From Octopus sinensis (taxonomy: Eukaryota): DNA of 44,861 nucleotides. The notes under the pieces are model-generated. The model was not told where the DNA came from and searched no databases. It was given only the letters and a program-made list of their open reading frames with translations. Position 1 is the first letter of the stretch; the number at the start of each line of letters is the position of its first letter. The stretch spans positions 1-44,861 of the forward strand of contig NW_021834861.1 of NCBI RefSeq assembly GCF_006345805.1, in the 5' to 3' direction. Shown here piece after piece: positions 1 to 12,930 of this stretch. A program made the translations under genes and the position numbers.

Positions 1-197
1 ACTACTTAGTAGAAACTTCCGACAAGTTTTATCTGTAGCCATGAATCCCATAAGATGAATTTTGGAAATACTCTATTAACTTGCGTCATTATATTACACA
101 TGTATATTCAACAAATTATGGACAGGTGTTCAATGAACTTAACGGTTAAGAATCATTTCTATATAATATTGTAATGGAGGGAGTGGAAGGAAATTAA

Positions 198-707
198 TCT
201 ATATATATAAAACTGTAGTTGTTGAGTGTCTGTCCCTTTCGATTTAGATTCCTAACTACTCCTACATTTTGCGGTGCAGTTTAACCAAATTCGGGTATCT
301 TATAGTCGTGATTCATATCGAGTCCGTCGAGTATTAGAGCGCGCGTCTACGATGAGTCTACGATTTTAAAAATAATTTAACATCATTTTTTATTCCATTT
401 TAATGCATAATTTTTCGTGTGTCGATGGCGGCGGAGTTGGCGTCCACGCTCACAGCTGCACCTGTGTTGCTCTCCCCTTCTTCCCTCCCTCGTGAAAGCG
501 GTGGGGAAGGAGTGTAAGGAAATCAACGTCGTAAAGCGTTGTCAAGGAGAACCAGCGTTCTTTTAGAACAACGACTTCATGGCTTGAAGACACCAAAACA
601 GAATGGCTAAGAAAGCCCGAATTGGCATCTATAAGGAAGTAACTCTCTAAAAATGCTTATATAGTTATTTTTCTTACAAACCCGAGCAACGCCGGCGATA
701 CTGCTAG
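198..707 (+). mobile_element. Non-autonomous Helitron
   Basis: 5' A|TCTATATATATAAAACTG; 3' hairpin CCCGAGCAACGCCGG followed by ATACTGCTAG|T; inserted at AT with no TSD. Confidence 0.85.
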
Positions 708-835
708 TCACTGTATAAAATTATCCTGTTTACTGAACACTACAAGTTAAGTGTAGTGATTTTTATCAACTTCGATATAAGCATGCTACTTAAAAGTGAA
801 AGAGGAGGAGGAGAGAACAGCTCGATGAGACATTG

Positions 836-1025
836 CCTAGACGACTTAGTAGCCCTCTGATTAGGTCGAATTTGCTAGTCCTTTTATAACTGTTAACCTT
901 CCTTCCAGAATTTTCGGCCAAATTATTTGGCGGAATGACATAGAAACTTCCTTTGAAGTTTTGCCATCTCAGCCATAACAAGTCAGCCTGTGCTGATTGG
1001 CCGAGCCACATTTACGTAGGTGTTA
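836..1025. repeat. Unclassified ~190-bp interspersed repeat, inverted relative to 3159-3361
   Basis: Reverse-complement similarity, e.g. TTCCTTTGAAGTTTTGCCATCTCAGCCATAA vs TTATGGTTTGAGATGAAAAACTTCAAAGGAA. Confidence 0.65.
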
Positions 1026-1738
1026 ATACATTTTTTCAACAGTGACGCTTAAAATTCACAGCTATTCAATCATTAATACTTTATCCATTCATTAATACTT
1101 TCCTATGATTCTAGACCGGAATACTATTTCGAGGTTCTAAACCGGAAAATCAGAGAGCTATGATTCAAATCTCAGCCTGGTCCTCGGTACAAGTTTAGCA
1201 TTTAAAATACAAAGGATCCAGTTTCCACAACGTATATCATAGTCTTCTGTCATCACATCAAAACTAGAAAATAACATTTTCGCGTCGAATTGAATACTTG
1301 GACCTTAGACTATTTTTTCATTTGGCCCTATTGGTTGGCGTATTTTATTTTGCCTATGCTTGTATTTTGGTCTAGGTTTGTGTATTTCTATAAAGTGTTT
1401 TGCGATCTTTATTTTTTTTTAAGACTATATTTCATATACGTGTCTCTAATTGTGGGTCTAGTTGACATAATATCAAGTCATCTATGATGTGTCGTATGTG
1501 TGTCTATAATTGTGCGTTGACATATATTTCTATGAATTTCTGCAGTGTATGAATAATTATATCATGTACCGATATGAATACATATCTTTGTCTAGGTCTG
1601 CGTATTTCTGAGCGTGGCTTTTCACCCTCAAATCATATTATATCTATATATATATAAAACTCAACTTGTGTGTCTGTGTGTTTAACTTTTGGATCTATCA
1701 AGTTTCATTATTAAGGATGGAAAGTAGTGTGTAGCAAA

Positions 1739-2130
1739 TCTATATATATAAAGCTGAAGTTGTCTGTGTGTGGCAGGTTTGGTAGCTTTCAACTAACACT
1801 ATCTCCTTCGAGATCCTGCAGCACAAGTTGACCAAAATTGAGAGTGTTGATAGAAGAAGGCTTGCTCTTCATTCTGTAGAAGATAAAATTCAAATCGTAT
1901 CATGCTAACACCCAAAATTATTTACATCAGAAAGGTGATTTTTTTCTATGTAAATCCCTATTTTTTTTACTATTTTTGACTGCTGTGTCACCATTTTTCG
2001 GTGTATTTCAACTGGAAAAATGGTCACTTGAAGAGAATAACAAGTTGCATAATGCAAAATTTTTACTTTTCAAAAATTCCAATTCTAAAGGGTCGAAACA
2101 AACCCAAGCAACACCGGGTGATACTGCTAG
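1739..2130 (+). mobile_element. Non-autonomous Helitron (additional 5' end at 1643)
   Basis: A|TCTATATATATAAAGCTG start; CCCAAGCAACACCGGG hairpin + ATACTGCTAG|T end; second TCTATATA...TGTCTGT 5' terminus at 1643. Confidence 0.8.
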
Positions 2131-2429
2131 TTATATATATATATATGGTTCCGAATGCAATATTTTCTATAGATTTAAACGCTTTATTAAGTAAACATAT
2201 ACTTCACTTTAATGCTTCTGAGAAAGCTTTTGGATGTTGCACAAGCACTCAGCTCTGAATACACTACTTCTTATAGCGGAAATAGCTGTTAACTAATGAA
2301 GATGACTGTTTGATTCCTCTTCTCTTTGACATCCATTAACATCAGTCTATTGTGATCAATGTGGTTCTCATTTAAATTTTGTATACATTGATGCCCTAAA
2401 ATTTGACATCTGCAGAGTTATATATAATA

Positions 2430-2812
2430 CTAGCAGTATCGCCCGGCGTTGCTCGGGTTTGTAAGGGAAATAACTATATAAGTATTTTTAGAGATGTAAA
2501 GTATAATAGCCATCTCAATATGGCTAACCACAAAGGGGGGGGGGTTACTGTAGCTTTTTACGTTCTGAGATTTAATGATAAATTTTTAGAGAGTTACTTC
2601 CCTTATATATGCCAAAAATGCATTAAAAATGGGAAAAATTGATGGTAATTTTTTTTTTAAATCGTAGACTCACCGTAGACGCGCGCTAATACCCAGAAGG
2701 GCTCGACTAAGATACCCCGTTTTGGTTAAACTGCACCGCAAAATGTGGGAGTAGTTAGGAATCTAAATCATAGGAGACAGACAGCACACAACCTCTCTTT
2801 TATATATAAAGA
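2430..2812 (-). mobile_element. Non-autonomous Helitron, same family as 198-707
   Basis: A|CTAGCAGTATCGCCCGGCGTTGCTCGGG is the reverse complement of the 3' end; internal blocks match 198-707; TC 5' end at 2812. Confidence 0.85.
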
Positions 2813-3158
2813 TTTATTATATTTATGACATTATTACTAACCACTGCAAAGGATCTAAATCCTAACTAGTTTTTCTTTTTAATTTATTCATTTATTTTTT
2901 ATTTTTTTTGAACGACCTCAATCAATTGTCTGACTCATTATCGTAAAATCATTTAATGTAATGAAAGAACGTTACGAAAATCGATCAATTTATGCATCAA
3001 AATTTTAAAAAAATAAGCATTTAAAAACAAGAAGTTGATAAATTCACGCAGTTCTTTCTGCTGTTGTTCTTATTGATGTTGTCGTGACAGAGAGCTGGCA
3101 GAATTGTTAGAGAGTCAGAAAAAGAAAAATACATGTCATTATATCTTTCGACACATTT

Positions 3159-3361
3159 ACGCCTACGCATATATAAGGCTCGGCCAGTCAAACACCGACT
3201 GGTTGATTATGGTTTGAGATGAAAAACTTCAAAGGAAATAAGTGATTTTATTCCCCTCCCCCTGCCAAACAATCTGGCTCAAAATTCAAGAAAGGATGGT
3301 TAAAAAACTATAAATGTACTAACAAACTCAAACTTATCAGAGAGCTACTGAGCAGCCTAGG
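3159..3361. repeat. Second copy of the unclassified 190-bp repeat, apparently interrupting an old SINE (head ~3093, core ~3365-3435)
   Basis: Inverted similarity to 836-1025; flanked by GAGCTGGCAGAATTGTTAG head and GGGTCGATAAAATAA core. Confidence 0.55.
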
Positions 3362-3441
3362 GAAATGAGGTCAAATTCCGCTGAGATCGACTTGGTCTTT
3401 CACTCCTTAAAGGGTCGATAAAATAAAATACTTGGGTTGAT

Positions 3442-3633
3442 AGGCGCAGGAGTGGCTGTATGGTAAGTAGCTTGCTAACCAGCCACATGGTTCCGGGTTC
3501 AGTCCCACTGCGTGGCATCTTGGGCAAGTGTCTTCTGCTATAGCCCCGGGCCGACCAATGCCTTGTGAGTGGATTTGGTAGACGGAAACTGAAAGAAGCC
3601 TGTCGTATATATGTATATTATATATATATAATA

Positions 3634-3680
<47 letters not shown>

Positions 3681-3889
3681 TATGTGTGTGTTTGTTTGTC
3701 CCCTAGCATTGCTTGACAACCGATGCTGGTGTGTTTATGTCGCCGTCACTAGCGGTTAAGCAAAAGAGACCGATAGAATAAGTACTGGACTTACAAAGAA
3801 TAAGTCCCGGGGTCGATTTGCTCGACTGAAGGCGGTGCTCCAGCATGGCCGCAGTCGAATGACTGAAGCAAGAAAAAGAGTAAAGAGTA
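3442..3889 (+). mobile_element. tRNA-derived SINE with internal (TA)n
   Basis: A-box-like TGGCTGTATGG and B-box-like GGTTCAGTCCC; CORE-like CTTGGGCAAGTGTCTT; 3' part repeated at 5880-6095 and, inverted, at ~39305-39351. Confidence 0.8.
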
Positions 3890-3937
3890 TATAATCGACT
3901 TGTCCCTCACCCAAAAGTTGATGGCCTTGAGCCAAGA

Positions 3938-3939
3938 TT

Positions 3940-3989
<50 letters not shown>

Positions 3990-4053
3990 TATTATTATTA
4001 TTATTATTATTTTATTATTATTATTATTATCATTATTATTATTATTATTATTA
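3938..4053. repeat. (ATC)n(ATT)n microsatellite
   Basis: Direct reading. Confidence 0.95.
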
Positions 4054-4054
4054 A

Positions 4055-4485
4055 TGAGTGAGAGAACAGAGCATGCCATCAAAGTGACATTGGGGTAAAA
4101 TATACGAAGCCCAGTATACCCATCATGACTACCCGTCTGATAAGGGTACACCAGGCACATGCATCACAATCATTGATCTCATATCAAGATAAACAGCACA
4201 TGACCTTGCAGGTGGGACCCACTTTGAATTTTCTTCAAATCTAGTAAACCATCCCGCTCAAAAGGTCCCTGGATAAGGGTTGTTTAAGGATGTTGAATAA
4301 AACACCCATGTTTCCAAAGGTGAATTATCAAAACCTCAAAGAATTCCTGTCAACACATGACTATGATGCTCTCCCACTACTTCTGCTCGGGATCAGAGAT
4401 GCACATATCGTCAGCCACCAAGGGACATGGTCAACTGGTTATGGTCAAACAACTGACAAGCTAATCTGTGGTATTGAGCAGAATC
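4055..4485. repeat. Interspersed repeat (unclassified retroelement), partial copy of 8538-9090
   Basis: Colinear match starting CATGCCATCAAAGTGACA..GGGGTAAAATATACGAAGCCCAG; embedded in (ATT)n tracts. Confidence 0.8.
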
Positions 4486-4559
4486 TTATTATTGTTATTA
4501 TTGCTATTGTTGTTGTTGTTGTTATTATTATTATTATTATTATTTTATTATGATTATTA

Positions 4560-4600
<41 letters not shown>

Positions 4601-4619
4601 TATTATATTATTAATATTA

Positions 4620-4987
4620 TTTCTTTTCATCACAAGTTTTGTTGGAACTCCTGGAGTCTTGCATGCGTAGTGGGTTTACTACCTGCAGACTACGTTTCTA
4701 TGCTATTCGTTCTTTTCAGCTATCTAATACTTTCCTGATTATTCCAGACGTGCCAAGGGGGCAAACCTTTTGTAAAAGTTCTACTGGGCACTCTATTCCA
4801 ATTTCCTTGATATTCCTCTTGGTGCTCTTTGATTTTGTTCCTAAGGACCCAACAATAATTGGCACTATCTTTGTTTTCTTCAGTTTCCGTTGCCGGGCTA
4901 TTTCGCACATAAGAGGGTGGTATTTATCTATTTTTAGCCTTCCTTCGTGGACTATTCGTGGGTCAAAGGAGCACACAACATCAACTA
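4620..4987 (-). mobile_element. 3' end of an RLE-endonuclease LINE (R2/R4/NeSL group)
   Basis: KIDKYHPL...KIVPIIVGSLGT...ELLQKVCPLGTSGIIRKVL is the typical RLE C-terminus; (TAA)n tail. Confidence 0.8.
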
Positions 4988-5856
4988 TGTAAATAAAATG
5001 TCTGGTTAACAATTTGAGGAGGAACAAATTCTGTGTGGACAATTCCTTTCACATTGATGAAACAAATCAGCGATGTCTTCACATTGGACTTCACCTGACG
5101 CGCTTTTTGGAGGCGTGGTGACATTGAATGCTTCCATTGACTTGATTGTTGCTCCGTTTCCGGGTCGTAGCCATAACACCAGTTTTCGTCACCACTGATG
5201 ACCTTCGAAAAAATGGTTTGGATCAACTTTCCACTGTTCTTTCAGTTCACAACATGCATTCAGTCAGGACTGCTTTTGACCTTTCGTGAGTAAAAGTGGC
5301 ACAAATTTTGCTGCAATTATTTTCATTCACAATTCCTTGCTCAAAATTCTTTGGCAGAAGCTTCAGGATGCACCAGTCACATAAGCAAGTTTGTCAATTG
5401 TTAGATGATGGTACTCCTATATCAGTTCATGAATTTTCGTGAAGTTTTCATTCGTTCGGGCGGTCGACAGTCGCCCTGAACGAGGTTAGTCTTCAAGCGA
5501 CAAGTGACCATTCCTAAAGAATGGAAACCACTCGTAAACTTGTGTTTTGCTCAAGGCAGCCTCCATGTAAGCTGTTTGAAGCATGACAACTGTTTCGGCC
5601 GCCGGTTTCCCCAGCACAAAACAGAATTTCACGGAAGCACGCTGTTCATTAGTTACAACAATCGAAAAAATCGACGAACAAAGGAGAAACAAAATGAAAA
5701 AAAGCCACACCACTTACCGGTACGACTACAGACGAGAACGCCGGTCGGCAGACTGATGCCAGAGGGTCGCATTAAGTGCTTCTAGTGGCGGAAGCCTGAA
5801 CTACAACGGGCTTGTCTTACAGAGAACGTTTCCGGTTACTTTTAGGTGCCTTCATA
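4988..5856 (-). mobile_element. Degenerate mariner transposon, 5' part
   Basis: EQRASVKFCFVLGK..ETVVMLQTAY..VYEWF (HTH) and VISGDENWCYGYDPETEQQSSQW; TIR-like TATGAAGGCACCTAAAAGTAACCGGAA at 5856. Confidence 0.9.
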
Positions 5857-5879
5857 TATGTGCGTGCGCGTGTGTGAGC

Positions 5880-6095
5880 GTGTGTGTCTTTATGTCCATT
5901 TGCTCCCTTCCCCCATCACCGTTTTACAACCGGTGCTGGTGTGTTTTCGTCCCCATCACCTAGCTGTTCGACAAAAGAGACAAATAGGCTTAAGAAATAA
6001 GTCCTGGGGTCGATCTGTTCGACTAAAATCCTTTTGGAGGCGGTGGTGCTCCAGCATGGCCGCAGTCAAATGACTGAAACAAGGTAAAAGAATAC
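5880..6095 (+). mobile_element. 3' half of SINE family at 3442
   Basis: AAATAAGTCCTGGGGTCGAT...GCGGTGGTGCTCCAGCATGGCCGCAGTCAAATGACTGAAAC. Confidence 0.8.
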
Positions 6096-6170
6096 TTTGA
6101 AATATTTTTGAGCCATCGCGAAAATCTTGGTATGCGTACCATCATGACCATCCTTCATGTTCTATAGATG

Positions 6171-6558
6171 GATGGAAGCACTCCGTCGGTTACGACGACG
6201 AGGGTTCCGGTTGATCCGATGAACGGAACAGCCTGCTCGTGAAATTAACGTGTAAGTGGCTGAGCACTCCACAGACACGTGCACCCTTAACGTAGTTCTC
6301 GGGGGATATTCACCGTGACACAGAGAGTGACAAGGCCGGCCCTTTGAAATACAGGTACAACAGAAACAGAAAGTAAGAGTGAGAGAAAGTTGTGGTGAAA
6401 GAGTACAGCAAGAATCACCACCAATCCCTGCCGGAGCCTCGTAGAGCTTTAGGTGTTTTCGCTCAATAAACACTCACAACGCCCGGTTCGGGAATCGAAA
6501 CCGCGATCCTACAACCGCGAGTCCGCTGCCCTAACTACTGGGCCATTGCGCCTCCACT
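6171..6558 (-). mobile_element. Full-length tRNA-derived SINE (head H1 + tail T1)
   Basis: Head GTGGAGGCGCAATGGCCCAGTAGTTAGGGCAGCGG..GGTTTCGATTCCC; 14-bp TSD ATGTTCTATAGATG at 6157 and 6559. Confidence 0.92.
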
Positions 6559-7119
6559 ATGTTCTATAGATGCGTGGATGGAAGGCTGTCCATATGCCTA
6601 TCCATACATAGGCACCCACGTTTGACCTTATCACGTAGATGATGCACACACACACACACACACATCAGACAAACATCTAATACAAATACTAAAGGAGTCT
6701 CTTTATTTAACTTCGTTTCATCTCTGTTTTTATTTTATTTTGTTTTATTTTATAGTTCTATTTATTTTATTTTATTTTATTTTTATTTTATTTTATTCGA
6801 TTTCCTTTTAAGTAGCTGGCCATTTCCGAAGAGATATTTCAATCATGCTGCGATCTCGTTTGTTATCCAACCAACCAACCAACCAACCACGCAGTGTTTC
6901 CTTAATTGAAATGAATCCAGAAAAGAAAAAAAAAAAAAAGGTAAATAGGAAAGAAATACGAATGCTGTTGCGGTTGAGGGATGATACATAAAACCAAAAC
7001 AAAAAAAAAGAAAAAGAAAATAACATGAGCAAACAAAGCAGAAAAAAAAAAGAAACGTAAAGAGAAAATGTTTTTTTTTGATATGATTTATTCATTTATT
7101 ATTATTGTTATCATCATTA

Positions 7120-7186
<67 letters not shown>

Positions 7187-7199
7187 TTATTATTTTTTT

Positions 7200-8177
7200 T
7201 TTTTCTTCTTTCAAATTTTCTTCCATTTCTTGCCGAGTGTCTTCCCGACTCCTAGGGCAAAGAAACTCATAGTGTATATTGGTTAGGCCATTAAACCAAA
7301 CTCAGTAGTTCGTTATTTTTTTTTTTTTTTTTTTCTTAAAGTTAAATTAAAATGCATGAGCAGCAACAGTTCTCACATCGACAATGCTCTTCTCAATACG
7401 TGTGATGTACCAGTTAAGACAATCTTTTGCACTTCTTGCAGGGATGGTAAGCCAGGGATCATTCTCATACAATTTTCGGTTCCCTTCTTGATCATTCCTA
7501 GTGCTCCTACGATCACTGGTATTGTAACCGCCTTGAGATGCCACATTTTCTCAATTTCATGAGTAGGTCTTTATATTTTCTGAGCTTGTCAAACTCTTTC
7601 GCTGAGATATTATGATCACAGGGGATGCTCATGTCGATCAATAAGCAAACTTATTGTTTTGGTCTTTCACAACAATATCTGGTTTATTGGCCTTGATGGT
7701 TCGGTCTGTATGTACTGGAAAGTCCCACAGAATGGTTACATTTTCTCCTTCAGTTACAGCCTCAGGGTGGTGATTATACCACTTGTCGGCAGTTTTGATA
7801 TTGTAATGCCGACTTATTAGCCAGTGGAGATATTGGCCAACTCTGTCATGTCTTAATTTATACTCCACTGGTGCTAAGACTTTACATCCAGAGATTAGGT
7901 GGTCCACTGTTTTAATCATGTCGTTGCAGAATCGGCATTTTGGGTCTGCTCCATTTTTCATCACATTGGCCTGGTAGTTCCGGGTTGATAGGCTTTGGTC
8001 TTGAGCAGCCAGGATGAAACCTTCGCTCTCTGCTTTTAGCCCTGAACTCCGCAGCCACTGATGGGTTTGCTTCTGGTCAACATCAGCTTGTTTGCTGCGG
8101 GTCACATATTTGCCGTGCAGAGGTTTCTCCTCCCACCTATCAGCCAATTGCTCGTGCGCTTTTTTCATTGCCATCAT
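7200..8177 (-). mobile_element. 5'-truncated R4/Dong-like LINE (zinc finger + RLE endonuclease)
   Basis: LKAESEGFILAAQDQ..CRFC..TVDHLISGC..RHDRV..ILWDFPVHTDRTIKANKPDIVV; (TAA)n tail; sits within an (ATT)n microsatellite. Confidence 0.92.
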
Positions 8178-8186
8178 TTATTATTA

Positions 8187-8259
<73 letters not shown>

Positions 8260-8260
<1 letters not shown>

Positions 8261-8460
8261 CTTCTTTCAAATTGCTTCCATTTCTTGCCGAGTTTCTTCC
8301 CGACTCCTAGGGCAAAGAAACTCATAGTATACATTGGTAGGCCATTACACTAAACTCAATAGTTCGTTCATTTTTTTTTTTTAAGTTAAAAAACTATTAC
8401 TACATGGGTAGTAATAGTTCTCACAGCGACAATGCTCTTCTCAATACGTGTGATGTACCT
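8260..8460 (-). mobile_element. Short 3' fragment of the same R4/Dong-like LINE
   Basis: Matches 7205-7410 (CTTCCCGACTCCTAGGGCAAAGAAACTCATAG). Confidence 0.88.
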
Positions 8461-8468
8461 ATTATCAA

Positions 8469-8519
<51 letters not shown>

Positions 8520-8537
8520 TATTATTATTATTATTCA

Positions 8538-9089
8538 GTGAGTGAGCAGTCCATGCCATCAAAGTGACAATGGGGTAAAATATACGAAGCCCAGTATACC
8601 CATCATGACTACCCGCTTAATAAGGGATCACCAGGTACATGCATCACAACCATATGTGCGCTACATGGTGATCTCATATCAAGATAAACAACACATGACC
8701 TTTCAGGTGGGGATAGTTAGAATTTTCTTCTGTTCGAGGAGCCCACCCCGCTCAAAAGGCCCTAGAATAAGGATTGTTTAAGGATGTTGAACGAATCATC
8801 CATGTTTCCAATGGTGAATTATCCAAATCTCTAAGAATTCCTTTCAACACATGGCTATGATGCTCCCCCACTACTTCCGCTCGTGATCAGAGATGCACAT
8901 ATCGTCAGCCACTAAGGGACATGGTCAACTGGTTAAGGTCAAACAACTGACAAGCAAATCTGTGGTATTGAGCAGAATATTTGCTATAGCCCATCTTTTA
9001 TAATAAGACAAAAACAATGTACATGATAACACTTCCAATCAGTTAAGATCAGAAGTCATGAGAGCCACTGCCTGGTACTGCATCAGGGC

Positions 9090-9090
<1 letters not shown>
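8538..9090. repeat. Interspersed repeat (unclassified retroelement), longer copy
   Basis: Colinear with 4055-4485 and extends ~110 bp further; flanked by (ATT)n. Confidence 0.8.
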
Positions 9091-9161
<71 letters not shown>

Positions 9162-9165
9162 CTTT

Positions 9166-9211
<46 letters not shown>

Positions 9212-9228
9212 GTATTATCATTGTTGTT

Positions 9229-9568
9229 GTGAAGGCGCATAACTCAGTGGTTAGAGCGTCGAGCTTACGATCGTGAGGTTGTGAGTTCGAATCCCGGACC
9301 GGGCTGCTTGTTGAGATCTTGAGCAAGACACTTTATTTCAGGTTGCTACAGTTCACTCAGGTGTAGAAATGAGCTGCAACGTTACTGGTGCCAAGCTGTA
9401 TCGGCCCCTTTGCTTTTCCCCTGGATAACACTGGTGGCATGGAGTGGGGAGGCCAGTATTCATGGGCGGCTGCTGGTCTTCCATAAATAACCTTGCACAG
9501 ACTTGTGCCTGGGAGGGGAACTTCCTAGGAGCAATCCCATGATCAGTCATGACCGAAGGGGGTCTCAG
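9229..9568 (+). mobile_element. tRNA-derived SINE (head H2 + tail T2)
   Basis: GTGAAGGCGCATAACTCAGTGGTTAGAGCG..GTGAGTTCGAATCCCGG; CORE-like CTTGAGCAAGACACTTTATTTC; second copy at 36338. Confidence 0.85.
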
Positions 9569-9630
<62 letters not shown>

Positions 9631-9872
9631 GTGTTGTTGTTGTTGTTGTTGTTGTTTTTTGTTGTTTCAATAATTTGTATGTTTCTTTTCCCCAAATTCA
9701 TTCATGAATACAACACACAACCGACATTCTTCCCGCCTTTCATAGATGTTATAATGTAATCAATATCTGTATGTTGGTTTAATTAGCCGACTATGACGTA
9801 TAATTAGCCGACAGTGACGTTAATACCGGCGGCACCACTACCACCACCACCACCATCGTCGTCGGCATGATG

Positions 9873-9936
<64 letters not shown>

Positions 9937-9964
9937 TAATAATAATAATGATAATAATAATAAT

Positions 9965-10163
9965 TTCTACTAAAGGCACAAAGCCTGGAATTCGGTAGTA
10001 GGGGACTATTCGATTACATCGACACCCGTATTTCACTGGTACTTAATTTATTGGTCCCGAAAGGGTGAAAGGCAAAGTCGACCTTGGTGGAATTTGAACT
10101 CAGAACGTAAGGACTGACGAAATGCCGTTAAGTATTTTGCCCGGCTTGCTAACGATTCTGCCA
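9965..10163 (-). mobile_element. SINE with GCCTTTCATCC..GGGGTCGATAAATTAAGTACCAG core
   Basis: Similar to 36107-36330 and 13468-13698. Confidence 0.8.
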
Positions 10164-10199
10164 TTATAATAATAATAACAATCTTCGTCAATTCCAAAC

Positions 10200-10309
10200 A
10201 GTACCACCAGCATCACCATCATCAATATCATCATCATCATCACCATCATCATCACAATCATCATCAACAACATCAGCATCATCATCACCATCATCAACAT
10301 CATCATCAC

Positions 10310-10341
<32 letters not shown>

Positions 10342-10381
10342 CCATCACCAACATTATGATCATCATCATCAACAACAACAT

Positions 10382-10412
<31 letters not shown>

Positions 10413-10545
10413 GTTATCTCTACCATCGTTGTTATGATTATCATACTTACTCCCACACTTCCTGTTCGTTATCCTCCTCCTCCTCCTCTTATCCCTTCTC
10501 CTCCTGTTACCCTCTTCCTCTTCCCCTCCTCCTCCTTCATTCACT
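10200..10545. repeat. Degenerate (CAT)n/(CAG)n/(CCT)n simple repeats
   Basis: Direct reading. Confidence 0.9.
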
Positions 10546-11043
10546 TATCCATCGCACCGGTCACTGCAGTGTCCGTGTCCATCGTCTCCATCGCTACGAT
10601 TAGCTGCAGAACCGTCAACTTCACCGCCACAGACGCCATCATCCTCGGCATCATCCTCCACGCCCACCCTTTTCCGCCATCAACGTGGTTGTCATAACCA
10701 CAACTTTCATTACTATTGTTATTGCATTATGGACACCCAACTTTCCAGTGAATCGACCCATGTTAATAAAGTACAAGAAAAAAAAAAGACTAAGATTTTA
10801 TACATATATTGTAATATAGTGGAGGATGGGGTAAAAAAAACAAAAAAACTTCGATTATCTTAGATGATCAGCTAATCGAAATTTTCCAACTTGTGATAAT
10901 GCGTGTTTGTGACCTTACGGTATAGAATTTGTATAAAGTAGGAAGAAAGTTTCGACCCACTACCACGACTCCGACGAGGTATCGTTCTTTGATCATATTA
11001 TTGATGTTGATATTCAAAATATACGTCAGTACATTCTCGTTTG

Positions 11044-11450
<407 letters not shown>

Positions 11451-11451
11451 T

Positions 11452-11850
11452 CGTGATTGTCTCAACAAGTTGGCACAGTATTCTCCATTGTTGGTGTGTC
11501 CCTTTTGAAGATAGTCAATAACCACAATGACTTTTGCATCCCAAATAACTGAGGCCTTCCCCTTTCCTGCAGATGAAACAACTTTGGCCTTCGTAAGAGC
11601 AGGTGTGGAGGAGTGTTCCCACTGCATGGATTGTCTCTGGCTCAAAGTGATGATCTGGATCTACCTCAAACAATGTCAGAGTTTTTGCTGTGTTGTGACC
11701 AGCCCGATGGGCCTTTGATCAGGTGTCATGTCTTCTGACCCTCCGAAAATCCCAAACTTTATTTTCGTTCGCGGGAGCAACTGTTTTTCGAAGCCTCATA
11801 TCTCGTCAACATCCATGATGAACTGATGTGTGTGTGTGTCCACAATGTCC
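11452..11850 (-). mobile_element. Mariner transposase fragment
   Basis: [54 protein letters not shown]. Confidence 0.85.
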
Positions 11851-12264
11851 ACATTGGCTCCGGATTAAAATTCTTATAAACAAATGTAAATTGTAGTTTG
11901 TTTCTTTTTAGATATGAATTCTAATATTTTAACGGGTCGCCAAAATTAATTATCGTACTTCGTGCATAATTGTCTTCATGATTCAAACGAACAGAATTTG
12001 TATTAACTTTCCCGGGATTTCAAACTAGAATTTAAAGGATGTAAGAAAATGTCAAAAGACAATTTGTTTTGGAGCTGTACGATTTTACTTGCTTCTGTAT
12101 TTAATGTTAATTTTTTTTTTAAATTAGAGCAATAAAAGATAGACACATTAATTTTGAAGAAGGAGGTTGTAATGTTTATTCATTTCTTGATAATCTCAGC
12201 GGACTAAAATGAGTTGAAACTGCAGGTTGAAGCTAAAACATCATCCCGGTTTGTGAATTTAATT

Positions 12265-12635
12265 GGATGGAAGCACTCCGTCGGTTACGACGACGAGGGT
12301 TCCGGTTGATCCGAATCAACGGAACAGCCTGCTCGTGAAATTAACGTGTAAGTGGCTGAGCACTCCACAGACACGTGTACCCTTAACGTAGTTCTCGGGG
12401 ATATTCAGCGTGAGACAGAGAGTGAAATACAGGTACAACAGAAACAGGAAGAAAGAGTGAGAGAAAGTTGTGGTGAAAGAGTACAGCAGGGATCACCACC
12501 ATCCCCTGCCGGAGCCTCGTGGAGCTTTTAGGTTTTTCGCTCAATAAACACCCACAACGCCCGGTCTGGGAATCGAAACCGCGATCCTATGACCGCGAGT
12601 CCGCTGCCCTAACCACTGGGCCATTGCGCCTCCAC
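12265..12635 (-). mobile_element. Full-length SINE H1+T1
   Basis: Near-identical to 6171-6558; 13-bp TSD TGTGAATTTAATT at 12252 and 12636. Confidence 0.92.
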
Positions 12636-12930
12636 TGTGAATTTAATTAATCTTCTAAACACACCCTTCACCATTAAAAAAAATAAAAGCAAAATAATTC
12701 AAATTCATTTGAAAAATATTTGCGTTCAAATATCATCTTCCTTGGTCTTCCGTTTTAGATTCAAATACGAAATCCTCCGTAAACAGGAACTTAATGAAAG
12801 TTTAAAAAACAACCTGTCACAATAGTGAAGTTATTGTTTGTTCAATGCTATAATTTATAGCATGGAATAAAGAACAACTTAATGTTTAAAATGTGAAGAC
12901 TCTCAGTGATATTTTCAACAATGTTGTATG

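Noticed and set aside
1-190. Possible RT remnant (LSVAMNPIR*IL)
   Set aside because: Too short and degraded; no convincing YxDD motif
6480-6558. tRNA-like sequences (also 9229, 12560, 36338, 37185, 42885, 43490)
   Set aside because: They are SINE heads continuous with SINE bodies and TSDs, not tRNA genes
9039-10697. ORFs rich in poly-I/N/M/D
   Set aside because: Translations of trinucleotide microsatellites
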